A program made the translations under genes and the position numbers. Positions 1-11,121 of a DNA stretch of 64,000 nt are shown piece after piece (the first letter of the stretch is position 1; every line of letters begins with the position of its first letter). Source of the stretch: Lingula anatina (Eukaryota; Animalia; Brachiopoda); assembly GCA_051362555.1 (NCBI GenBank), contig CM120647.1, positions 9,672,001 through 9,736,000 of the forward strand, read 5' to 3'. The notes under the pieces were generated by a model. That model was not told the origin of the DNA and did no database searches. It saw only the letters and a list, made by a program, of their open reading frames with translations.

Positions 1-383
1 GTGATTGTCTGATTATCATATTATCCTGTTCACAATAAATGACAATATTTGTGCTCATACAAAGTTGGTTACGTGTATAAGAGCGTTTTGGGCTTTACGT
101 TGTCTATTTTTGATCGGTACATGTACCGAAAAGATGGACAGGCGGCACTTACATGTCTGACAAGTTTCGCTGTGTAGTCGTGACGTCTATCTCATTCTGA
201 CTGAAGCCTGCTGTGATTGGTCGTAAGCGTGGGAAAATCGAGGTCGTGACCTTGGGCCGGAAGTACTTCTGGCTGTGCTCCGAAATCATGATAAATAGTT
301 TTCGTTTTCTAATTCTTTATTCTAGTTGTCTTAACAGGACTTTTGTGACCCAGACTTATTAATATAATAATAAACAATCTCAC
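1..383. mobile_element. Probable MITE-like element in unc-45 intron 11 (may extend beyond the window)
   Basis: imperfect inverted repeat 1-23 vs 360-383; CpG-rich interior. Confidence 0.4.
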
Positions 384-714
384 AAAACACAAATCTGATC
401 AAAGCTTTACATAGAACCTGCTTCTATACATTAATCTAACCCACTGAGACTGTCTTTAAGCAAAGAAAACTATTCATCAGCCTGGCATCTCATCAATTGT
501 CTGCTCAAGTGTACTTTGATGAGGTATTTAGTGTAAGTTTGCAAATTGGCTGAAATCCACTTCAGTTGATATTAAACAGGTTTGAAGATTTAATATTGAC
601 TGTTTCTGCACATGTACACACACACGCACACACACACAAACAGAAAGATATACAGAGAGAAAGAGAGAGTGTCTGAGAGGGGGGGGGGGGAGGGGGCAGG
701 GAGGCTGTTCTTAC

Positions 715-849
715 CACTAGAGCTCTGACTTTAATATTATCATTTTCAGATTGGTAAAGTTTCTTTAAGATGGGAACTGCCTGCTTCACAATGCCACTGC
801 ATTTGTCTTTCTTTGATGTAGCATGGACTAAAGCTTCCACTGAAATTTT
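715..849 (-). CDS. unc-45: UNC-45 exon 11 (KISVEALVHATSKKDK...IKVRALV); gene continues beyond the window
   Basis: cag acceptor, gtaaga donor, 135 nt; VEALxHA and IKVRALV motifs; I did not find the next expected GLCKLG exon in the window. Confidence 0.94.
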
Positions 850-1375
850 CTGAAAGAATTCAAATCAGTGTGTAATAAAATACCATTATCTTTATATTGT
901 TTTATAATATGGCTTTCAGAAAAGATTTGGAAAGGAGAAATCTGATTTAGACTGTCTTGATTACCACTGTGCTGCCATCTGTTGGCCTTAGACACTGTGG
1001 AAATGCTGAACCAAAACTTACAGAAAAGAGTTAAACTTTTAGGTCTGAGATCATTAAGAGCACTTGAGAAGATTCTAGTCTGTTTATATTGTACCCAAGT
1101 ATTTTTTTATGCTGATAAATAGTCTTTATAAACTTCAAGTTATAGAAGAATTTATTCAATTATTATATATATTATTCAATTCAAACAGCAAGTCCAGATA
1201 TAAATCAAATTTGTGCATACACTATCCCAGCTGGATTTCTAAGGCTGAGGATGTCTAACAATCTGTAAGTTATAGTACTGTTTTTGTTTAATGTATTTAT
1301 TTAATAACCTAATACAACTTTTTGAAAAAAAATTTTTTTAAGTCATAGAACCAAGTTTTCCTACAATCTCTATAC

Positions 1376-1541
1376 CTGATGAAGGGGATCAGGAGAGTTC
1401 GCCAGCGCCAACATAATCTCCAGAACTCCCTGCGTCCCCAGGATTGTGTTGCCGATGTCGTACGGACCCTGGAGCAAGGCAGATATGGCAGTTATAGCCT
1501 CCATTTGGTAGTCGATGTGTCTGGTGTCTCCAAACTGGTCA
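1376..1541 (-). CDS. unc-45: UNC-45 exon 10 (DQFGD...AISALLQGPYDIGN...PLHQ)
   Basis: tag acceptor, gtatag donor, phase 2 to 0; LLQGPxDxGN motif. Confidence 0.94.
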
Positions 1542-1804
1542 CTAAAACATGAAAATATTTTAAATGTGTAACAGAGACTGAAACATGAAAATATATTAGA
1601 TATGTTGCAGTATTAATAGGGATCATCTGCACTTGCCAAAGGTCTGAACAAAGGTAAGTTACATGTCTTAGATAAAAATAGGTATTTAAAGCAAACTTTG
1701 GTATAAGAAAGTTTCACAAACATTTTGTTCACATAAATACAGTATACTGTAAGTGAAAAAGAATTATTTCAAAAACTGGAAAAAATCAACTGTCAAGAAC
1801 TTAC

Positions 1805-1979
1805 GAGAAATACTGTGACACTTGTTCTCTGTACTGGTCCCTTCTCTTGTCGCTGATAAACTCATCGTAAATCTTCGACAGCAGCACAGAGCAGTTCATC
1901 CTTGTATTCTCAGAAATCTTCATCACGGTGTAGCTTAGAGCTGGTATGGTGCCGGCAACTTCTAGAATCCTGGTAATGC
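1805..1979 (-). CDS. unc-45: UNC-45 exon 9 (GITRILEVAG...ENTRMNCSVLLSKIYDE...)
   Basis: cag acceptor, gtaagt donor, phase 1 to 2; NTRMxxSVLLxKxYD motif. Confidence 0.94.
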
Positions 1980-2030
1980 CTGGAATGATGGGAGAAAAAA
2001 AATTTATTTATGCCATAAATTGTTGAGAAT

Positions 2031-2223
2031 GGCCTCATTCAGAACTGGGGACAAACAGTTCTACAGATCAAATATGGCCGGCCCACTTGAATGCTTGTTG
2101 CATAATCCCCGATTCGGCTAAGGAAATCTATTCAGTGTCTAATCCTGAATAAAGCGACAACCGTTTAAGAAGGTCGCCATATTTGATCTGCGGATCTGTT
2201 AGTCCGCTGTTCTGAATGCGCTC
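2031..2223. mobile_element. Harbinger-like MITE family C, copy 1
   Basis: TIRs GGCCTCATTCAGAAC / GTTCTGAATGCGCTC, inner IR CAGATCAAATATGGC, AAT TSD; related copy at 28.7 kb. Confidence 0.75.
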
Positions 2224-2553
2224 AATCATCACGTTTTCTGAGTCACGGTGTTTCTTGGAATTCCTGGGAGAATTTTTATTTTCTGAATAAAAACATTGTT
2301 TCCTGGAATTTGAGGGAGCAACTTTGTTATATATTTGCTCAAAGTATTCTTATAAAGCCTCACCATACAGTTCCTTAAAATAGGTATCTTCTAACACTTG
2401 TTTAATTTTGCAGAAACAAATAATTATTTTTCTGTGACTTTCTATGTCTATGTCAATTGCAAAAACTGATCAGAAATGACTATGGCTTGTTGCTCCAATG
2501 TATAAATAAACATATCTTACACACTACTGAAATGAACAGTTTTAGTAACTTAC

Positions 2554-2721
2554 CATCTGTTTCTAAAAATTTTATTCCCCAATCTATTCCATCTTGCCTG
2601 GTGACAAATTTGATCAGAAGTTCAAGAACAGAGTCTCTCCCACAGGCAGAAAATTTCCCATTGTTAATATTTTTGATGGCACAGTGCATAAGAGCATCGG
2701 AACGGTTGGCATACTCCTCCT
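2554..2721 (-). CDS. unc-45: UNC-45 exon 8 (EEYANRSD...SACGRDSVLELLIKFV...FLETD)
   Basis: cag acceptor, gtaagt donor, phase 1/1; SxxGRDxxLxLLxK motif of UNC-45. Confidence 0.93.
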
Positions 2722-3098
2722 CTGTAATAAGGGAAAAATCAAAGAAATAAGCACTCAAACTATGACTTTAGATTAAAAATCTATGATAAAATGAGATTGC
2801 TTGTAAATGTTCTAATAGACAACGTTTTCTTTAGCCAAATAATTATTGGTACTGTCAAAATTTTCACTTATTGATATACAGAGCGACCTGGCAAATGCCT
2901 GAGAAATATTCAAGAGGTTAAATTGTTTGTTTAGGTGCCGAATTATCACTTTCTGATATACACAGGGACGTGGAAAACTTGGTAAAATGCCTAAAAAAAT
3001 CAAAAGAGTTAATACAAACATTTTCCAACAAAAGTTTAAAAGTGGAGCATAAAAAAATGTCATATAAAAAGTTTGTGTCTTTGACAAAATGTATCTAC

Positions 3099-3315
3099 CT
3101 AGTGTCAAAGGAGGATGTCTCCCTTTGCCCTGTGGACCCTCCTTCTTCACCAAATCTTCATGTTTTTGTCTGGAAGCCTTGAATTTCTCCAGTTCAGTAA
3201 TGGCGGTTATGAGTGTGGAAACGAGGTGTCCAACGGCAGATGAAATGTCCGAGTCATCAATGCCCATGAGAGAAAACAGTCGATTGGTGCTGATTTCATC
3301 CTGTATTGCACATGC
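3099..3315 (-). CDS. unc-45: UNC-45 exon 7 (ACAIQDEIST...HPPLTL)
   Basis: cag acceptor, gtagat donor, 217 nt, phase 0 to 1; overlaps ORF 2812..3267. Confidence 0.88.
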
Positions 3316-3586
3316 CTGAAATGTTGAAAAAAAAAATACAATATCTGAATATAAATATATGAAAGAAGAAAAGAAATTCCCCTTTTTTTTAAATTGTTCT
3401 AAAGATACATTGTTAATCCTCGACTGAAGGAGGGCATAAAAATTGATAATTACTTGTTATAAGCGATCAGATATAAACTGTCAGTCAGTAAGACAAACCT
3501 TATCCTGATTATAATCAGTGTCAAGGATGAAAGAGTCCCTTGCAATCAGAAAGCAATCTATGAGTGAAGAACTGAAACCACACCAG

Positions 3587-3769
3587 GTCTGTTTCACAAA
3601 AAAAAAAAAAAAACTTGATTCAGTTCCCTGGCTTAGATGACAAAGATTTCCATGAGAGTGCTGTTACACTGCTCCTGATTGGGTAAGGTGTGCGCATTTG
3701 ACCATGCACTGTTGGTAATTAAGTTCTTAGCCAGGAACGTGACTCAAGTTATTTTTTGTGGAACCACAC
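3587..3769. mobile_element. CAG-TSD MITE family D, copy 1
   Basis: TIR core GTTTCACAAAAAA / TTTTTTGTGGAAC, CAG on both flanks; homologous to 53656-53861. Confidence 0.75.
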
Positions 3770-3779
3770 CAGTTCTTAC

Positions 3780-3947
3780 CCTCTTTCTGTTCTCCTTAGC
3801 CAGACAAGCCAGAAGTCTGAGTGATCCCACCACAATGACAGGGTTGGAGCTGTCCAAGAGTTTGTTCAGGTTGGTCACAGCGCCTGACTGCATGATCCTC
3901 CCCGCGCCTGCCTCCTCCCGCGCCAGGACAATAAGGTTATTGATGGC
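3780..3947 (-). CDS. unc-45: UNC-45 exon 6, central domain (AINNLIVLAREEAGA...ENRKR)
   Basis: cag acceptor, gtaaga donor, 168 nt; hallmark NNLIVLAREEAGA motif. Confidence 0.96.
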
Positions 3948-4377
3948 CTGGAGGATTTACACATAGGACATTTTATGAAACAAATATCCATGATTTTAAA
4001 TTATAAAGAATTGCATAAAATGGATTCTTTTTTCTTTCTCTCTTCCTTTTCCTTTTCTTTATTTTATACCTTTAATTTTTTTCTATGCAGAAACTTTGGG
4101 TGTTTAGTTCACAGCAAGTATCACTAAAGGACAACATATACATGCAATATTCTTCCCCCTGATTTTCTCTTCCTTTTCAAAAAAGTATTGGTCCATAACA
4201 CTTCTTGTTACTTCTTATACGTATAAAATTCCACTGTGCATGCATGTGCATAATTTATGACTTTTTCTTTGGTATGAAAATATGAAGAATGTTTAATGGA
4301 GATGTTACAGAGGGCAAGGATACTTAGGGACAACCCAACAGTCTTGCCCTCCACAAACAGTTCAGCCTACAACACAC

Positions 4378-4467
4378 CTGTTCTCTCTTCTCCTTGTCAT
4401 CACCCTCACCAAACGCCAGCTTGAACATCTGCGTCACCTTGTTGTCAGTGCTGTTCTGTTCCTTGAG
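4378..4467 (-). CDS. unc-45: UNC-45 exon 5 (LKEQNSTDNKVTQMFKLAFGEGDDKEKREQ)
   Basis: tag acceptor, gtgtgt donor, 90 nt; resembles the UNC-45 STDxKVxQMF motif. Confidence 0.92.
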
Positions 4468-4867
4468 CTAAAACGACATACTGCACCATCTGTACATGTT
4501 CAATTACATCACTCATCACCTACATGTATAAAGCGAATTCTCCCATTCTCTTCTTGACTGCATTTATAGTTTTCACTACAATCCTCAACATAAATGACCA
4601 TTTAGCATCAGGTTTACTTTAATTTTCTCTATTATTAAAAATTATTAATCTATTTCAAGGGAGGTAAAAAAGTTCTTAAAAAGATGAATAAGATTTTCTA
4701 TACTATGACTAAATATATCAAGAAATGATGGTTTCCCAGGGGTCAAAGCACCAGTTGTGCCAGTTGGAAATTCAACATTCATGTTATAAATGTCCAAAGT
4801 TTTGTACGAGTCTTATTATTTCATCTCTGAGTCAAGAATAATCTTTTTATTTTATAAAAAAAATTAC

Positions 4868-5043
4868 CTTATCCTGCAGAAGAGCATTCAGTTTCCTCAA
4901 GACAGGCTGGATGGCTTTGTTCTTAGGCTCCACATACAGCAGCTGTTTGGCGTCCTTGTAAGCATCCTCAATCCTGCCCAAGTTTTCATAGCACTGACAC
5001 CGTCTAAACAGAGCCTTGGGGTCATTAGGGATTATCTCCAAGG
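4868..5043 (-). CDS. unc-45: UNC-45 exon 4, TPR3 (ALEIIPNDPKALFRRCQCYENLG...LLQDK)
   Basis: cag acceptor, gtaatt donor; DPKALFRR TPR motif; overlaps ORF 4847..5041. Confidence 0.95.
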
Positions 5044-5399
5044 CTGAAAAATAACAGAAGATGAAATTATATCATTTGGAAACTTTCTTGAAGGATAGAA
5101 AATAACCAGAGATTATCTCACTGGAGATTTTCTCAAAGGATGGAAAAAAAACATATTATCTGTATAGGATTATTTCCAAGACTAAAAAAGATGATTTTAT
5201 CCCATTTGGGCTAATATCCATGGCAGAAAGAGAACAGAGATGTATGTGTAAATAAATGTAAATTAATGTTCTCACACTTATTTCTGGTTTGTAAAAATCA
5301 AATCAGTAGTTATATAGCATGGCCTATGTAAACATATTGTGCCGACACTAATAAAAACTTATTTTCTTATAATGTACATAAGAAGCTTTAGTAAAATAC

Positions 5400-5505
5400 C
5401 TTGGGTAGCATCTGCACATGCCTCTTCATACTTCTCCAGTTTGAGATAGCATGCAGCTCTGTTCTTGTACAACACGCCTTTGTCCTGGGGCTTAGCGTCC
5501 GATTC
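5400..5505 (-). CDS. unc-45: UNC-45 exon 3, TPR2 (ESDAKPQDKGVLYKNRAACYLKLEKYEEACADATQ)
   Basis: LYKNRAACYLKL TPR motif; gtattt donor, phase 1; acceptor uncertain (GAG after a pyrimidine tract). Confidence 0.9.
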
Positions 5506-5879
5506 CTCAAAAGAAAAAGATGTACTTTCCATAACACTTCTTAAACAGCTTTTTTAAATCAAAACGATAACTTTGCTTTTCCAAAAAGTGTATTAATTTG
5601 AGATATCTTTATTGTTTATGAGACACTAGTACACTGCTGACCAAGTTTATAAAGGTTTAAATGCAAAGAAATTATCAAGTCAATAATGTCAATATACAGT
5701 ATTAGGCCAATTTACAATTTGTTTCCTTCTCCTGCTGTTGAGTTGAATAAAAGCAGGTGATTACATAGGGGATTACGCAACAAGCATTTAAGTGGGTCAG
5801 CCATAATTGAATCGAGGATCTGTTAGTTCACTGTAGTGAATGTAGCTATGAGAACCACAGATCAGTAATAACCATTTAC

Positions 5880-5975
5880 CTCTAATGCTTTTGTGTAGGT
5901 AGAGATAGCTGCATCATATTGTCCTGATGTAAAATATTTGTTGCCTTCTTCTTTTAATGTGACAAAATCTGGTAC
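5880..5975 (-). CDS. unc-45: UNC-45 exon 2, TPR1 (VPDFVTLKEEGNKYFTSGQYDAAISTYTKALE)
   Basis: ttcag acceptor, gtaaat donor, 96 nt; classic TPR motif LKEEGNxxF...A...YTKAL. Confidence 0.95.
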
Positions 5976-6618
5976 CTGAAAAATAATCAAACTTCCAAGT
6001 TCTATGCATATCTATTTTGATTTCTCTCCATGCCCCTGTTTCTACCTCCCTCCCCCAAGAGAAGAGATAAACATACATGAGCATTAAAAACAATCCCTAA
6101 AACTTGAAGTTTATTGTCTTGTGACCAAAAAGGTAAATATGTTCCTAGAGGGTGCAACCAACTTGCATAAACATAAAATCATACTTTAATATATCAGTAT
6201 TTATATTCTCTTAGTGTTTGTTTTCCTGTATTCCTTTTATATCATTCAACTAAACAAACCATATCAACTAAGCAATGCATCAAATAAATAACTCCACATT
6301 AATACAAGTAGATATCAATCAGTGAAAATTATGAACAAAGACGATTGTCTTATTATCTAGATCATAATTAAACTCAGAGTATTTGTTCTTGGGAGCACAT
6401 GTTCAGAGGCGTGAAACCTGACTCTCGGAAATCTGCATGCACTTCCAAATTTAGACACACCTAGAATCTTCCACGCTTTAAACTGCGATTTTCACTAATT
6501 TGACTAATATGAAGTCTTAATTTTAACTAAACACACAAGAGGAACGTCGAGAAGTTAAATCGAGTACATTACGAAAATATAAAAGACTTTTTGCCAACAA
6601 AAACTTGTCAAAACTTAC

Positions 6619-6636
6619 CTCGTCTATGAGCACCAT
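6619..6636 (-). CDS. unc-45: UNC-45 myosin chaperone, coding exon 1 (MVLIDE)
   Basis: ATG at 6636 followed by GAG|gtaagt donor; phase 0 joins exon 2 in frame; lies next to a promoter-like segment. Confidence 0.8.
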
Positions 6637-6639
6637 TGT

Positions 6640-6983
6640 GACCTGTGTGTTTCTACCCCGGAAGTTTTGACCTAATTCTGACTAACAAGTAAAACCGAGT
6701 GAGTCACTAGGGTTTTGTTTCGTATCATTATTTACAAAGCACCACGACGAAAAATGATTATTCTTAAGATTTCATTATAAAAAGGCTTAATACGTGGTAT
6801 AATTAATTTTAAAAGGCTTAAATATTGAATGTTGTTGAATGTCATTTGTATCTATAGTTTTGACAGAAAAGCTCATCTTGGAAATTAAGCCCGACAGAGG
6901 GCAAAAATGAAACCCCGCGTGGTTCGTTCCTAACGTTGCGGAAGCGGAGAACAGCTGAACAAATCAACGTTCCGTCTTCAAGG
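6640..6983. promoter_or_regulatory. Putative bidirectional promoter (unc-45 and a divergent + strand transcript)
   Basis: ETS/GABP motifs CCGGAAGT 6658-6665 and GCGGAAGC 6938-6945, TGAGTCA 6700-6706, local CpG enrichment at both ends, + strand donor-like AGG|gtattt at 6983/6984. Confidence 0.6.
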
Positions 6984-7263
6984 GTATTTATAATTTACTT
7001 TTGAACAGCTTACACAGAATGATAATTCTACACATGTAATATTCTTACTCATTGTGATTGTTTAATAACATATTCACAAAAATTGTATTCATATTGTCAT
7101 TTTCATCCACACAAGTGGATGCATATGTTACAGTGAAATAAACTAAACTGTAATCTCAATAAGCACTTATGTTGAACCTTTAAGTGGTAAAATTGTGTGC
7201 TAATAATGCCTATCAACTTACTACATGTAAATTAATCACTTCCGCTATTGTTTTCATTTTCAG

Positions 7264-7316
7264 GTCCTTGTGTAGATTTCAGCACAAGGAACTAAGGTGT
7301 GACCAACATCTTTATT
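7264..7316 (+). other. Candidate non-coding (5'UTR) exon of the divergent transcript
   Basis: tttcattttcag acceptor and ATT|gtgagt donor. Confidence 0.4.
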
Positions 7317-8883
7317 GTGAGTATATATATATTTCAGGGAACAGTGGAACGTACCTGATTCTGCCAAATATATATATGACAAGGAGTATTATTTTTCTTG
7401 ATAAATCACATTTAAATACATTTATACATCTATATAATATCTGACAGTATGTACAGTACATTACAGGACAGGACATTATGTTCACTGTAAATAAACTGAC
7501 CATATTGATGCCCTAGACTGTGTCACAGTTATGCTCTAAACATATGATATATTATGTGTCACTAGTAGTCCAGTGTACTGTATTACTACAAGTATGCGCC
7601 GTGGTGTACATGTACAGCTGTATTTGAGTTGATTATGGTCTAGAAATGTACAGGCTAGTTATAATGTATTATAATATCCAGGGGGATTAATACATTGTTG
7701 GGAGGGGGAGGGGTAAGAAAAAAATTCGTTTTTCAAAAAATTCATCAGCAGACACAATCATGCTACTAGCAGCTGTTTTCTGATAAAATGAATCACTGAG
7801 CACTGTACAAAGAAAGTGCCTGGGAAGCTCACAAATTTATGATTTTTTTTGTATGACTTTATATAGTAGACCAAAAGTTAGTTGATTTAATTTGAAAAAA
7901 GTTTTGCTTGCATTGCAAATGTATTTTTACATAATTGTTTTCCACAAATCTCACTGGTTTTAATTCTTTCCCATGGCTGCAGTGGACCAAAGCCAAATTG
8001 CCCTTAAAAAGATTCATTTTCACTTTGTGATAAAACAGATTTCAGAGCAGGTGGCTGCATGACCCAGAAATCACAGCCTGTTCAGACAAGGACAACTTAA
8101 GACCGTAAATGAGACAGACATGCATCAACAGTTTTGCTGAATTGATAAACCATGTATTTGGATGTCTGAGACCCAGTTTGGTATTTTTTGAAAGACTGTA
8201 GATGGAGTTATCCTGTCATGCATAAGATTTCTAAATTTGTGGTTTGTTTACCAGATCCATCTGCTGATACAAGTTAGTCCTGTCTTCGGTCCTCAGTCAG
8301 CTTTGTCTGAACAAGTCCATTGAGTGTTTTCTCTAATAATGAAAAGGGATGCGGAAGATGTATTTGTTGACACAAGTGAAAAGAGAGGGTGTGTTTGCCC
8401 TGACCTTTGACCTCATTCAACCCTTCCGCAGGTCATTTGGTTCAATCAGTGTAGTGTCGTGTTTCCATTTTGTTTAGGCGGGCCCATCTTATAGAGTTCT
8501 CTGTTTATGATAACCGCAACATAGGAAGCAAATCTAATCTTTATGATGTCCCACGCCTACCTCCATTGGTGGCAGTAGTTACATAGTTTTTATATTATAA
8601 TGCTGGAAGCTGGGAAACTTATCCTGTAGTGTCTTATCACAGTCTCACACTCACCCCAGGGGAGACTAAAAGGGTATTCTACGTTAAGTTTATATCCAAG
8701 TGGATGGTTTAAGCCTCTGTTTATCTCACATGAGAGTTGAGTTTATTTGCTTCCAAGGTCAAAACTTGCTACATGCTCAAATTCACTGTGCTGAGATGCT
8801 TTGATTCAATTCATTTCACAGCATGGAAAATCATGAAAGGCAACTTTTATTGAGACACACGTGCATTCATGTATGCATGGACA

Positions 8884-9026
8884 CTTGACAATTGCCAGAA
8901 AAATAAAAATTTTACTCTCTAAGAAGAAATGAAGACTATTACAAGGGCTGCAGCTTGACAATTGCCAGAATAATGCAAATTTTACTCTCTAAGAAGAAAT
9001 GAAGACTATTACAAGGGCTGCAGCTT
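8884..9026. repeat. 70-bp tandem duplication
   Basis: two near-identical units CTTGACAATTGCCAGAA...AAGGGCTGCAG. Confidence 0.92.
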
Positions 9027-10949
9027 TAGAACACATGCTTGAGCTGGTTTTTCTCATGTTCCCTAAAAGAAAATCAGGTTATTTGAGTTTAAAGAAGTTG
9101 TATTTAATTTAGGCACTCTCAAGTAACAGTAACATGTGTATTTTAACTTGAGGGTTTTTATATTTCTTGACAGCACTTTACCCCATGACATTGCTGCCTA
9201 GGTTTTTTATTTTATTATTATTATTATTATTTTTTTTTTTTTGCATGACTTCAGTTCACAGTTAACTCAAATGTGAGGCAGTATACTCGGGTGATTATCA
9301 GTTATATTTAGATTAAGTATTGATATTTTTTAATTTGGTAATTTAACTATTTTGTCTAAGGTAATGTTGACATTTTGTAGAAGAAGTCAGACATATATTT
9401 CAGCCTACAGAATACAATTTTGGGCTAATGAATAAACAGTTTCATTCCAAAAATTTAATGATAATGCAGAGGTTAAAAAATTAGGCACAATATTTACTGT
9501 TTTAGTTAAGAGTTTATTCTTGGTTACAGTCTCTGAGTTGAACAGTCAGAAAAAATAACAATTAGCAAAAATTAAGTGGATTGCAATCCAACTGCTCTCT
9601 CTAGTTGAGTCTATAACTTTTTTTGTAAAAATTGATCTGAGAGTTGCATTCGAGAGATCACAGCTTAAGTAAGGAGTTTTTTTTTTAATTCTGATGTCAG
9701 GCCTATAGCTTTAGGGAGTGCAGAAGTGTTTATGGAATATGCATCTTAATATCCACACTCCTGCCGTGGCATCTAGATTATGGAAATATCTGTCAGGGGA
9801 AAAGACGTAACCTAATAACTAATGATCGAAGTGAAGTGTAATAGAATCCAATACCATTTAATCATGGAGAAATTTTCACTTTCAATTGGTTTCTTTTTTC
9901 CCTTGTGTGTCTTTCTTGTAAAGTATGGGTGAAATGGTGAATGTTTTTCTTCCTCTCTTTTTAATCTCAGTATTTAATTAATTATTAATTAGTGAAATTA
10001 TCAGTGCAGTTCACGAAGAACTCATTTGAGACAGATGTGAATTCAAACTAAGCATTTAATCAGTGTGGATGGGCCTGATGGCTTATTATTTTCATACACA
10101 GTGGACGTCATGAGAACTGACCGCAGAAAGGGAGGAATTTTTCATCTCGGCCTTACATGTACAGTACATGTATTTGCTGAGGGATGTGTATTTGAATGAT
10201 AGATCACCAGTTGTCTTTCTCTTGGTATGTCCAGTATTAAAAAGCATCAGTTAATAACGGCTTAATTGTAAATTGATCCATTAAGACTTGGCTCTGGGAT
10301 GATTCGAGCAACTGATTTGAGGAATACATTTCAAGTGTGAAAACAAATGCTTCTCCCTCTTGTTAGTGTGTATGTGTGTGTGTGTGTATGTGTGTGTTAC
10401 TGTTGTTTGTTTTGGGAAATAATTGAAGTTATTAGGATATCATGCTTTGATTAAAATGCAATAAATTGTGCAAGAAATAGCTTTAAAAGTACATTAAATG
10501 TGGAGTCTGTAAGAGTGCACTCTTATACTGTACGTTGCACAAAAATCTCCTGAGGCCATCTCTTCATAATTTGCCGTAATGAAAGAAATCAAAGCTAAAA
10601 AAATGACCGTGATTAAGATCATTTGAGGATAGAAAAGGAATCATTGGAGAAAGCCAGTAAACTCTTGTGACTTAGCATAAAATCAAGCAAGATTTTAATG
10701 GATTTGGGAGACCACTAAAAAAAAAATATTGGTGCAGCAACAAATAAAAACTGATATAATTTATTTTTATCCACTGATATTTATGTTTTCTCTTAAGTTC
10801 AGCCAAATAAGGGTCTAGTATGCAACACCATGAATTCACCCTAGGCCTGTTTCGCATGTCACTTCTGTATTGCTTTTTCTTTCTAATTAAGGGTCCATTC
10901 CCAATAAAACCATTGTTCTTCCATTGGGACTCTTTCTGAATGCAATCAG

Positions 10950-11090
10950 GGCCCCGTACCACGAAAGCATCGCGCATCGTGAATTGCGATATCACATAGA
11001 GGTTATGATAATATATTATATGGGGCAAGTTATGGAATTGAGGTGCCTGCTCTCGGTCGCAATGCACAATGTTTTTGAGTTACGGGGCCC
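10950..11090. mobile_element. CAG-TSD MITE family E, copy 1, nested in a family B remnant
   Basis: TIR GGCCCCGTA / TACGGGGCC, CAG flanks; homologous to 62255-62401. Confidence 0.75.
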
Positions 11091-11121
11091 AGATTAAAAT
11101 ATTCCTGGTGTGGAGTAGCTG

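Noticed and set aside
520-560. PICKL-like frame as the next unc-45 exon (expected GLCKLG)
   Set aside because: Poor match and no suitable phase-0 acceptor; the true exon is probably outside the window
2812-2900. Possible extra unc-45 exon between exons 7 and 8
   Set aside because: Exon 7 (phase 1) already joins exon 8 in frame; the peptide is not UNC-45-like
2457-5047. + strand ORFs overlapping unc-45 exons
   Set aside because: Antisense shadows of the real - strand coding exons
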